From Polyangiales bacterium (GTDB taxonomy: Bacteria; Myxococcota_A; Polyangia; Polyangiales; Houyiibacteriaceae): a stretch of DNA of 64,000 nt. Positions 26,815-35,531 of this stretch are shown here, one piece after another (position 1 is the first letter of the stretch; each line of letters starts with the position of its first letter). Location of the stretch: the NCBI GenBank assembly GCA_045106895.1, contig JBGCFM010000081.1:1-64000 (forward strand), in the 5' to 3' direction. The position numbers were made by a program, and so were the translations under genes. The notes beneath the pieces are model-generated. The model was given only the letters and a program-made list of their open reading frames with translations. It was not told the DNA's origin and ran no database searches.

Positions 26815-28635
26815 CTACTCTTCGGAAGCGTCTGCTGCAGGAGGCGCTTCGGAGAGAGCTCCGAGCTTGTCCTTGAGCAGGTCGCCAAGGGTCGCTGCCT
26901 GACGGCCCGCAGGACCGGCGACGCGGCGCTTGGTGCTCTCGCGCTCGGCGACGTACTTCATCTTCTCGTCGAGCTCCTTGTTGTCGGCGCCGCGGAGCGA
27001 AACCGTGATGCGGCGGTCGTCCTCGTCAAGGTCGATGATCTCGCCCTTGAGGATGTCTCCGGCCTTCATGATCTGCGTTGGGTCCACGTTGGCGTCATCG
27101 CTGACTTCGCCGCGTGGAATGGTGCCTTCGACACCGCGCTCAAGTTCAACCTGGGACTCGTAATCGCTGACGGCGATGACGCGAACCTCGAGAACCGTTC
27201 CGACGCCGTAGCGCTCTGGAATGTAGGTCCATGGGTCTTCGAAGAGCTGCTTGATGCCCAAGCTGACCTTCTTCTCTTCATGGTTGATGGAGAGAATGAT
27301 GGCCTCGACCTCGTCGCCCTTGCGGTAGACGTCGGCTGGGTTGTTGATCTTCTGAGTCCAGGAAAGGTCGGACTTGTGGACCATGCCGTCGACGCCGTCT
27401 TCGATGCCGATGAAGACACCGTAGTCGGTGAGGGAGCGGACCTTGCCGCGGATGATGTCGCCTGGATTGTACTTCTGAGTGAAGACGGTCCATGGGTCTG
27501 GCTCAAGCTGCTTGAGACCAAGGCTGATTCGCTTGTTCTGGATGTCGATATCCAGAACGACGCTCTCGACCTCGTCGCCCATGTCGAGAACCTTCGAAGG
27601 ATGCTTTGGCTTCGTCCACGTCATCTCGCTGACGTGAATGAGGCCTTCGACACCCTGCTCGAGCTCGACGAAGGCGCCGTAATCCGTGATGGACACGACC
27701 TTGCCCGTGACCTTGGCACCTGGCTTGTACATGTCGGACGCCGTGTTCCACGGGTCTTCCATCGTCTGCTTGAGGCCAAGAGAGACGCGCTCGTTCTCTT
27801 CGTTGTACTTGAGGACCTTGACTGTGACTTCGTCGCCGACATTGAAGATCTCCGAGGGGTGATTGACTCGCCCCCAGGACATGTCTGTGATGTGAAGGAG
27901 ACCGTCGATACCGCCGAGGTCGACGAAGGCGCCGTACTCGGTGATGTTCTTGATCGTTCCCGTGACGATTTGGTTCTCCTCGAGGTTCTCGAGGGTCTTT
28001 GTCTTGAGACGGTCCCGCTCTTTCTCGAGGAGGACACGACGTGAAAGCACGATGTTGCCGCGCTGCTTGTTGAACTTGATGACCTTGAAGTCGAAGGTCT
28101 GTCCGAGGAGCTTGTCGAGGTTTCGCACGGGGCGAAGGTCGACCTGGCTGCCGGGAAGGAATGCTTTGACGCCGCCCTTGATGGTGACGCTGAGGCCGCC
28201 CTTCACGCGCTGAGCGATGGTTCCGGAGATGAGTTCGTCGCGCTCGCACGCTTCGCTGATCTCGTCCCAGACCTTGAGTTTGTCTGCCTTCTCCTTGGAA
28301 AGCATGATGAGGCCGTCGTCGTTCTCTTTGGACTCGACGAGGACATCGACTTCGTCGCCCACGGAGACCTGGGCTTTGCCAGATGCGCCGACGAACTCGC
28401 CGATAGGAATGATGCCTTCGGACTTGTATCCGATGTCGACAACGACGACGTCCTTGGCGACCTTGATGACGGTGCCGTTGACGATTTCGCCCTCTTTGAG
28501 AGCGTCGAGGCCCATGGTGAGGGTTTCGAAGAGGTCGGCGAAGCTGCCGATGTCACCTTCGGGAAGCGTAGGCGTAAGATTGGGCAGAGGTTCTGCGGTT
28601 GGAGACGAGTCCGTCTCGATTTGTGGTTCGGTCAT
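26815..28635 (-). CDS. rpsA: 30S ribosomal protein S1
   Basis: DIGYKSEG, AFLPGSQVD, repeated S1 domains (YGAFVDLGGIDGLLHITD; YGAFVELEQGVEGLIHVSE). Confidence 0.98.
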   Translation of the reverse strand: MTEPQIETDSSPTAEPLPNLTPTLPEGDIGSFADLFETLTMGLDALKEGEIVNGTVIKVAKDVVVVDIGYKSEGIIPIGEFVGASGKAQVSVGDEVDVLVESKENDDGLIMLSKEKADKLKVWDEISEACERDELISGTIAQRVKGGLSVTIKGGVKAFLPGSQVDLRPVRNLDKLLGQTFDFKVIKFNKQRGNIVLSRRVLLEKERDRLKTKTLENLEENQIVTGTIKNITEYGAFVDLGGIDGLLHITDMSWGRVNHPSEIFNVGDEVTVKVLKYNEENERVSLGLKQTMEDPWNTASDMYKPGAKVTGKVVSITDYGAFVELEQGVEGLIHVSEMTWTKPKHPSKVLDMGDEVESVVLDIDIQNKRISLGLKQLEPDPWTVFTQKYNPGDIIRGKVRSLTDYGVFIGIEDGVDGMVHKSDLSWTQKINNPADVYRKGDEVEAIILSINHEEKKVSLGIKQLFEDPWTYIPERYGVGTVLEVRVIAVSDYESQVELERGVEGTIPRGEVSDDANVDPTQIMKAGDILKGEIIDLDEDDRRITVSLRGADNKELDEKMKYVAERESTKRRVAGPAGRQAATLGDLLKDKLGALSEAPPAADASEE

Positions 28636-28780
28636 ATTGTCTTTGCGGCCTCGGCTTCACAGCACGTCCTAGTGAAAGCTTGATGAGTCCGGCAATGCGT
28701 GCAGGCACGCGAGTGGATGGGGGTTTGGCCTCCTTCACCATAAAGAAGACCCGTTGCGGGGACGGCCCACAAGGTGCGAG

Positions 28781-28809
28781 TGGGTAGCAGTGGGCCCAAA
28801 GCCTGTCAA
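28781..28809 (-). promoter_or_regulatory. Candidate rpsA promoter
   Basis: Minus strand TTGACA-17nt-TACCCA with TG upstream of the -10; the -10 is imperfect. Confidence 0.5.
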
Positions 28810-28860
28810 ACGACAAAACCCCTTAGAATGAAGGCGGAGCGCGCCCCTTTTACGGATTGA

Positions 28861-29544
28861 TCAGCATCCGCGCGATGCGGACTGAGCCAGTTCCGTGATG
28901 GCGCTCACGACCTCTTCAAAGCTCTTCTGCGTGGAATCGACATGCGTCGCGTCCTCTGCGGGCTTCAGGGGAGCCGCCTCTCGCCCAGAATCCCTCGCAT
29001 CGCGCTCCTGAATGGCGGTGAGAAGGCTCTCGTAGTCCGCTTCGGTTCCGCGGGCTTTTAGGTCTTTTAGACGTCTTTCGGCCCGCGCCTCGGCGCTCGC
29101 CGTGAGAAACACCTTCACCTCGGCGTCGGGGAAAATCACGGTTCCGATGTCGCGCCCTTCCAAAACAACGCCGCCGTCAGCGCCTAGTTCGCGCTGAACG
29201 TCAAGAAGCGCAGCTCGAACTGGGGGGTGGCCACTCACAAGGGAAGCGCCGCCTGCGACGTCGGGGTTTCGAAGCTCGTCTTCGCGATCGACACCGTCGA
29301 TGAGCAGGCGTGGCCCTGCCGGGGTCGCGGCAAACTCAAGCTTCAACGTTCGCGCGAAGGCGCCGAGCTGCTCGCCGTCATCCCAGGGAATACCCTCTTC
29401 GCGTGCTCGCAGAGCGAGACCTCGATACAGCGCGCCGGTATCCACGCGCACAAACCCGAGCCGGTCGGCGACGCCTTGCGCGACGGTACTCTTGCCTGCA
29501 CCCGCGGGGCCATCGATGGCAACTACGACACGGCTTCGGCTCAT
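28861..29544 (-). CDS. cmk: Cytidylate kinase
   Basis: AIDGPAGAGKST, DTGALYR, EGRDIGTVIFPDA. Confidence 0.97.
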   Translation of the reverse strand: MSRSRVVVAIDGPAGAGKSTVAQGVADRLGFVRVDTGALYRGLALRAREEGIPWDDGEQLGAFARTLKLEFAATPAGPRLLIDGVDREDELRNPDVAGGASLVSGHPPVRAALLDVQRELGADGGVVLEGRDIGTVIFPDAEVKVFLTASAEARAERRLKDLKARGTEADYESLLTAIQERDARDSGREAAPLKPAEDATHVDSTQKSFEEVVSAITELAQSASRGC

Positions 29545-29586
29545 GGGCCGACGCTAGCACACGGCCCGTAGCGAGCACGGAGAGAG

Positions 29587-30945
29587 TCAGTCCGAGAACT
29601 GGATGTTGGCGCCTAGGTCGCGAAAGACCTCGTCAAAGCGCGGAAAGCTCGTCGCGATGCAGTCCGCGTTCTCGATGGTGGTCGTGCCCTCCGCCTGCAT
29701 GCCCAGGATGGCCGCTGCCATGGCGATGCGGTGGTCCCCTTCGCTGTCGACGGTGGCGCCGTGGAGAGGATGCCCGCCTTGGATCACCATTCCGTCCGGG
29801 AGTTCCTCGACGGGAACGCCGAAGGCGGTGAGAACCTTGGCCATCACGGCGATGCGGTCGCTTTCTTTGACTCGTAGTTCCGCGGCGTCGCGAATCTCCG
29901 TCGTGCCCTTTGCGGACGCGGCCAAGGCACAAAGGGCCGGGACCTCGTCGATCATGCGCACGAGCATTTCGCCGCCAACCAATGACCCGACGACTCCTTC
30001 GCCAAAGACATGCAGGTCAGCGATGGGCTCGCCGCCGGCGCCTTCGGGTTTGGGAACTTGCTGAACGTTGCCACGCATGAGCCGAAGCAAGTCGAGCATG
30101 CCGGTGCGCGTCGGGTTAACCCCCACGCCCTCCACTACGATCTCGCTGCCCGGAATTGCCAGCCCGGCGGCGAGGAGAAACGCGGCGCCGGAAACATCTC
30201 CAGGGATGTCCCAATCGAACCCATCCCAGCCTCCGGACCAATCGCGCGAAGGGTCGAGGACGACGGCGGACCCAACGGTGTCGAGGGGGCAGCCGAGGGA
30301 GAGCATCATTCGCTCGGTGTGGTCACGTGAGAGCGTTGGTTCCTGCAACACCGTTGGCGCCGACGCGTACAGCCCGCTGAGCAAGAGACAGGACTTCACC
30401 TGGGCGCTGGCCACGGGCATATCGTACTCGATGCCGGCGAGATGCTCGCCCTCCACCAAAGGAGCGATGGAGAGCGGCGAGTAGCACTCCGCGTCCTCTT
30501 CCGCCCGGGCGGGGCTGCCAAGCTGGCAGCCCGCGATGTGAGCCCCGCGCGCCCGAAGGGGCGAGACGATGCGGTTCATAGGGCGCTTGCTGAGGCTCGC
30601 GTCGCCAATGAGCCGCGTGCCAAAACGCTGACCTACAAGGAGCCCCGCGAGGAGGCGCATCGTGGTGCCCGAGTTCCCGCAGTCGAGGGCACGTTGCGCC
30701 ATGCGCAGGCCTCGAAGCCCCACTCCCTCGATGCGGACTTCGTCGCCTGCTTCTTCGATGCGGACGCCCATCTCTTGGAACGCCGCAAGAGTGGCTCGGT
30801 TGTCTTCTCCTCCCGAGAAGCCACGGACCGTGCTCTGACCTCGGGCAAGCGCGCCGAAGATCAGACTGCGATGCCCAATGGACTTGTCCCCAGGAATCGA
30901 GGCTCGACCATGAAGTGCGCCTGAGCGCTCGACGACCAGCTTCAA
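29587..30945 (-). CDS. aroA: 3-phosphoshikimate 1-carboxyvinyltransferase (EPSP synthase)
   Basis: PGDKSIGHR, DCGNSGTTMRL, SAQVKS, ELRVKESDR, DHRIAM; TTG start. Confidence 0.97.
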   Translation of the reverse strand: MKLVVERSGALHGRASIPGDKSIGHRSLIFGALARGQSTVRGFSGGEDNRATLAAFQEMGVRIEEAGDEVRIEGVGLRGLRMAQRALDCGNSGTTMRLLAGLLVGQRFGTRLIGDASLSKRPMNRIVSPLRARGAHIAGCQLGSPARAEEDAECYSPLSIAPLVEGEHLAGIEYDMPVASAQVKSCLLLSGLYASAPTVLQEPTLSRDHTERMMLSLGCPLDTVGSAVVLDPSRDWSGGWDGFDWDIPGDVSGAAFLLAAGLAIPGSEIVVEGVGVNPTRTGMLDLLRLMRGNVQQVPKPEGAGGEPIADLHVFGEGVVGSLVGGEMLVRMIDEVPALCALAASAKGTTEIRDAAELRVKESDRIAVMAKVLTAFGVPVEELPDGMVIQGGHPLHGATVDSEGDHRIAMAAAILGMQAEGTTTIENADCIATSFPRFDEVFRDLGANIQFSD

Positions 30946-31964
30946 GGTGCTGGCGTGGCCGTTGTCGCCGATGCGGCGCCCATGTTCAACAGGCCCATGC
31001 CCATCTGAAACAGCCGGCGTACTTCAGCGTCGGAGATATCAAGGCTCGCGAACACTCCGCTTGCGTCGCTGCTGATGTTGATGGCTTCGACGATGCTCCG
31101 AAGGCCGAAGGCATTGAGCATTGGCTGCTGAAGCGCCATCTGGCGCAGCTCGTTCAACTTCGCCTCGATGGCCTGTGCCGTGGCGACGTCAGCCGTGAGG
31201 CCGGCTGCGCGGAATCGTGCCCCGTCGATGGCGTCTGCGCTGAAAGAACCACCACGAATCTGCGCCGCGGTTCCTTCGCCAAGCTCAGAGTTGATGTCTC
31301 GGTCCAGACTCGCCACGCCTGGGGGTCGCTCGCTGATCACGCGGAAGATCGCTTCAGCGTCGATGCGACCTTCAGCCTCCGTGAAGAACGGACGCGTGTG
31401 GAAACCGCTCCGTGGCGGGTTGAGAGCGAGCGCCGTGCAGCGGGCCGTGGGACCGAAGAGGAAACGACCGCCGCCGATGTTGATCATCGTGACATCGTCG
31501 ACGGTGATCGCCTCAAAGGAACCCACCTGGACTCGTTGGGGGACATCCGAGGGCTCTACGACGGCGACGAAGTCGATGACGTTTTGCAGGGTAAAACGAC
31601 CTTCAACAACGGCGATTCCCGGCTCGAGATTCGTGCCAGAGTCGTTCCGACCAAAACTCAAGTAGACCTGGTCAACGAGCTCCGCGAGAGCGATAGCGCT
31701 GTCTCGAACGGTCCGTTGCTCTGGCGTAAAAGACTGGTCCGAGGCGTCTCGGATCATGCCGAAGTACGGCGAGCTCAAACCGCGAGCGACGCTCACCTCG
31801 ACGTAGCCAAACGTGTCCGCTGGCATGTAGTCAAAGCTGCTCGCTTGAGCCACGGCGGGAGCCCCGGTCACTTCGACGGGCTCGACGATGGTGGAGGTGT
31901 CGCCGGACTGTCCGCCGCAAGCCACGCACAACATCAGAGCCAAGAGCTGCATTGTCTTCTTCAT
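30942..31964 (-). CDS. Hypothetical lipoprotein between hisC and aroA
   Basis: MKKTMQLLALMLCVAC lipobox; stop overlaps the aroA TTG (TTGA). Confidence 0.75.
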   Translation of the reverse strand: MKKTMQLLALMLCVACGGQSGDTSTIVEPVEVTGAPAVAQASSFDYMPADTFGYVEVSVARGLSSPYFGMIRDASDQSFTPEQRTVRDSAIALAELVDQVYLSFGRNDSGTNLEPGIAVVEGRFTLQNVIDFVAVVEPSDVPQRVQVGSFEAITVDDVTMINIGGGRFLFGPTARCTALALNPPRSGFHTRPFFTEAEGRIDAEAIFRVISERPPGVASLDRDINSELGEGTAAQIRGGSFSADAIDGARFRAAGLTADVATAQAIEAKLNELRQMALQQPMLNAFGLRSIVEAINISSDASGVFASLDISDAEVRRLFQMGMGLLNMGAASATTATPAP

Positions 31965-32096
31965 CACTAGTATCCTGTCTTCCGCGGCATCGTTGTGTCG
32001 GGACGTTCTCCCGGGACAGACCCAAGCGCAAGCGCAAGGATTCAATTCTCTGGGCGAGTGTTCCCCTAGACCTAGGAGTTTTTGATGCTCTTCGGC

Positions 32097-33197
32097 CTAC
32101 TTCGCTAGGACTTTTTGCAGAGCACTGATCATTCGATCGTTTTGCTCCGGGGTGCCGAGCGTAATTCGAAGCCAAGTCTGAATCGGCGGGGGCATGGGTC
32201 GAACGATCACCGCCTCGCGGAGGAGCTCTTCGTACACCTCGGCCCCCGGACGCTCAACGTTCACCAGAAGGAAGTTGGTCTGGCTTGGCGCGACGGGGAT
32301 GTTCAGCGCCTCCAACGCTGCCGCGACACGGCGCCGCTCGGAGCGGTTTTCTTGAACGTAGCTTTGCAGGTAGTCCTGTGCCTTGAGTGCTTCGACGGCG
32401 GCGAGCTGCCCCAGCCGATTGACGTTGAACGGCGCGCGCATTCGGTGGAGGTAATCGATGAGTTCGGAGGGGCCGATGGCGTAGCCCACGCGGAGCGAAG
32501 CGAGTCCGTAGGCCTTCGAGAAGGTTCGAAGAATGAGCATACGTTTCCGCAGCGTTCGAAGCGTCATCGCGCTCACGAAGTCGTCGGCATCGGCGAACTC
32601 GACATACGCTTCGTCCACGACGAGCACCACCCGCTCGGGCAGCTCTCGCACCAAACGCTCAAGGTCTGCGCTGCCCATGTGTGCGCCGGTGGGGTTGTTT
32701 GGGTTGGCGAGGAAGAGCACCTTCGTCGCCGGTGTCACCGCTCCGAGGAGCGCGTCGACGTCCCACGCCAGGTTGTCCTTGAGCGGCACCTCCGTGAAAT
32801 CGACACCCGCGGCGATGCAGCCCAGCCAGTAACAGACGAAGCTCGGCTTCCCGAAGACCACATGGTCGTCGGCGCTTGGGTATGTGCGGCAAATGAGGTC
32901 GATGAGCTCGTTGGAGCCGTTGGCCGTGACCACCTCGCTCGCGTCCACCCCGTTGAAGGATGCCACCGCGCTTCGTAGCGAAAAGGCTGCGCCATCGGGG
33001 TACTCGCCTAGGTTCTCGAGCGCCTCTTTGACAGCGGCTCGGACCGCCGGAGCCGCGCCGTAGGGGTTTTCGTTCGAGGCAAGTTTGACGGCGCCCTGAA
33101 TTCCAAGCTCGCGTTCGAGCTCCTCCACGGGTTTGCCAGGCTTGTAGGGGACCATCCGCTCAACACGGGCGGGGACCAAGTCACGTTGATTGCTCAC
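32097..33197 (-). CDS. hisC: Histidinol-phosphate aminotransferase
   Basis: KLASNENP, NPNNPTG, DEAY, RTFSKAYGLASLRVGY. Confidence 0.95.
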   Translation of the reverse strand: MSNQRDLVPARVERMVPYKPGKPVEELERELGIQGAVKLASNENPYGAAPAVRAAVKEALENLGEYPDGAAFSLRSAVASFNGVDASEVVTANGSNELIDLICRTYPSADDHVVFGKPSFVCYWLGCIAAGVDFTEVPLKDNLAWDVDALLGAVTPATKVLFLANPNNPTGAHMGSADLERLVRELPERVVLVVDEAYVEFADADDFVSAMTLRTLRKRMLILRTFSKAYGLASLRVGYAIGPSELIDYLHRMRAPFNVNRLGQLAAVEALKAQDYLQSYVQENRSERRRVAAALEALNIPVAPSQTNFLLVNVERPGAEVYEELLREAVIVRPMPPPIQTWLRITLGTPEQNDRMISALQKVLAK

Positions 33198-33277
33198 GTG
33201 GGGGTTGTCTGCCCGATGCCCTAGGACAGCAAGGACTTTTCTCTCGCGCGGGAGGATCCGGGGATTTAGCGGTGTGG

Positions 33278-35023
33278 TTAGGAGCTAGAAGGCTTGGTGC
33301 CCTCGTCCCAACGGGGCCCTTCTTTGCGTCGGCCCAAGACATTGTAGATCTTGAGAGCCTTGGCTTTGCCCTTCACCGTTTGATCCGGAAGCTGCTCCAC
33401 CTCAAAGAGGTCTTTGACCCGGCCGTAGGTCTCTTCGCTGATGATGCACTGGCCGCCCTTGGCCACGGAACACAGACGCGCGCCCGTGTTCACGGTGTCG
33501 CCGATGACGGTGTATTCGAGCGCTTTGCTACTTCCGAGGTAGCCCGCGACGACTTCACCGGTGTTGATTCCGATGCCGATGTGCAGCTCCGGCAGACCAT
33601 GCGGGCGTCGCTTGGCGTTGAACTCCACTTCGAGAACTTCAAGCATCGTGAGCGCGGTCTGAACGGCGCGGAGAGGGTCGTCGTCGTGGGCAACGGGCGC
33701 ACCAAAGAGCGCCATGATCTCGTCGCCGACGAACTTGTCGAGGGTGCCTTCGTTGTCGAAGATAATCTCAACCATCAGCTCGAAGTAGTCGTTGAGCATG
33801 CCGACGACCTCTTGAGCACTCACCTTTTCACTCAGCTGAGTGAAGCCACGGATATCGCTAAAGAGCACCGTGGTCTCGCGAAGCTCGCCACCCTTCTTGA
33901 CCTCCACCTTTCCGGCCATGACCAGCTCCGCGATGGCGGGCGATAGAAGCCGCTGGAAACGCTCGCGGGTGATGGCTTCTTGCTCGAGCTTGAGGGCGTA
34001 GAGACTGTTTTGAATCGCAATCGCGGCCTGATTCGAGACGTTCTGCAGAAGCTGAAGGTCTTTCTCGGTGAACGCGTTGGCGGCGATCTGCGAGTCAAGC
34101 ATCATGATGCCGAAGACCTCACCACCATGAAGAAGTGGGACGGCCATGGAGCTTCGGATGCCCTGCATAATGACCGAGTGCGCTCCGCTGAAGCGCGAGT
34201 CCACGGACGCGTCACTGCTGAGAACGGCGGCCTTGTCGCGCAGCACTTCATCGATGATCGTTGTGGAAAGGACCATCTCCTCTTGGGCGGACTGAACCTT
34301 GCTCGTTCGCACCATTCGAGGCTTGAGCTCTTTGTCCTCGTTGTAGAGAAGGATGACGCCACGGTCAGCCTGCAGGAGATCGAAAGCGGCATCGAGAATC
34401 TTCGCGAGAAGTGGATCTACTTCGAGCTCGGTTCCGATGGCCTGCATGATCTCGTAGCTTGCACGGAGCTTCTCGTAGTCACGCCTCAGCGCCGCGTCGT
34501 CCTGAACAAGGCGAGCGGGCAAGAAGCTCTGGTCGAGGAGCGGAGCGAGCTTGGAGCGGATGTGGCTCTCGACCATTCCGGGCGAGATGGTCACCGTCGA
34601 CGCCGGAGGGATCGGCGGAATCGGCTGCATTTGAATCTGTGCCGGCGCGGGAGCAGGCACGACGGGCGCACCGACACCAAGCGCAGTCTCTCCGGCGCTG
34701 CGATTCGCCAAGGGCGACCCTGGTCCGACGCCCATCGCCGTGTCGTCGGCGGTAAAAAGGATCCGAGTCGAGCCCATGGTGATCTCGTCGCCGCCGGTCA
34801 GAACCCGGTTGCCGACGCGCTCGCCATTCACGAAGGTTCCGTTGAGGGAGCCGAGATCCTTCAGAACGTAACGCCCGTCCTCAAGGTCGATGTGGCAATG
34901 CTCCTTCGAGACAATGCGGTCGAGCACCTGGTGGGTGTTGTCTGGGTGGCGACCCAACGTGTTATGGGCGACGAGGACACGCTCTTGGCGCCCCTCTGGG
35001 CCGATGATGATAATTCGGGCCAT
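33278..35023 (-). CDS. FHA-GAF-class III adenylate cyclase
   Basis: FHA (LGRHP, VSKEH, SLNGTFVNG), GAF, cyclase FSDIRGFT, DKFVGD, YTVIGDTVNTGARL. Confidence 0.92.
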   Translation of the reverse strand: MARIIIIGPEGRQERVLVAHNTLGRHPDNTHQVLDRIVSKEHCHIDLEDGRYVLKDLGSLNGTFVNGERVGNRVLTGGDEITMGSTRILFTADDTAMGVGPGSPLANRSAGETALGVGAPVVPAPAPAQIQMQPIPPIPPASTVTISPGMVESHIRSKLAPLLDQSFLPARLVQDDAALRRDYEKLRASYEIMQAIGTELEVDPLLAKILDAAFDLLQADRGVILLYNEDKELKPRMVRTSKVQSAQEEMVLSTTIIDEVLRDKAAVLSSDASVDSRFSGAHSVIMQGIRSSMAVPLLHGGEVFGIMMLDSQIAANAFTEKDLQLLQNVSNQAAIAIQNSLYALKLEQEAITRERFQRLLSPAIAELVMAGKVEVKKGGELRETTVLFSDIRGFTQLSEKVSAQEVVGMLNDYFELMVEIIFDNEGTLDKFVGDEIMALFGAPVAHDDDPLRAVQTALTMLEVLEVEFNAKRRPHGLPELHIGIGINTGEVVAGYLGSSKALEYTVIGDTVNTGARLCSVAKGGQCIISEETYGRVKDLFEVEQLPDQTVKGKAKALKIYNVLGRRKEGPRWDEGTKPSSS

Positions 35024-35116
35024 CGAAACTGAGGGGATGCTAAACGCACGACGAGTTGCCGTAAAGGGCGAGAAACACTCTCTTGGTTCGGAAATCCATT
35101 GAAGGGGGTCTGAACC

Positions 35117-35145
35117 TTGCAGCATGGGCTTCTCACTGCTACTTT
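35117..35145 (+). promoter_or_regulatory. Candidate rpoZ promoter
   Basis: TTGCAG-17nt-TACTTT with extended -10 TG; AGGAG RBS downstream. Confidence 0.5.
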
Positions 35146-35165
35146 CCGCGGCCCTAGGAGATCAC

Positions 35166-35408
35166 ATGGCCCGCGTAACTGTAGAAGATTGTCTTGTTCA
35201 CGAAGAAAACCGCTTTGCGCTGGTTGTCCTCGCAGCCCGGCGTGCTCGGATCCTTATGAAGGGAGCCCCTGCGCTGGTACCCAATAAGAACCGCGAGTCG
35301 GTTTCCGCACTTCGCGAGATCGCCGCTCAGAAGGTGAAGTGGAACCGCCCCGTTGTGGACGCCGTCAACGAGTTTATCATCGAGACGCGCAACGCTCAGA
35401 TTCGCTAA
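35166..35408 (+). CDS. rpoZ: RNA polymerase omega subunit
   Basis: [10 protein letters not shown]...[14 protein letters not shown]...ALREIA. Confidence 0.96.
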   Translation: MARVTVEDCLVHEENRFALVVLAARRARILMKGAPALVPNKNRESVSALREIAAQKVKWNRPVVDAVNEFIIETRNAQIR

Positions 35409-35442
35409 GTCGAGATCTCACGAGCCCTCGCGCTCGAGTATC

Positions 35443-35476
35443 AAAACGCCCGCCAGTCAGCGGGCGTTTTTCGTTT
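35443..35476 (+). terminator. Intrinsic terminator after rpoZ
   Basis: AAAACGCCCGC-CAGTCA-GCGGGCGTTTTT. Confidence 0.85.
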
Positions 35477-35531
35477 AAGGCCGCTTCATTTGATGGGAGC
35501 AGGGAAATCGTGACTCCTTTATACTTTGAGG

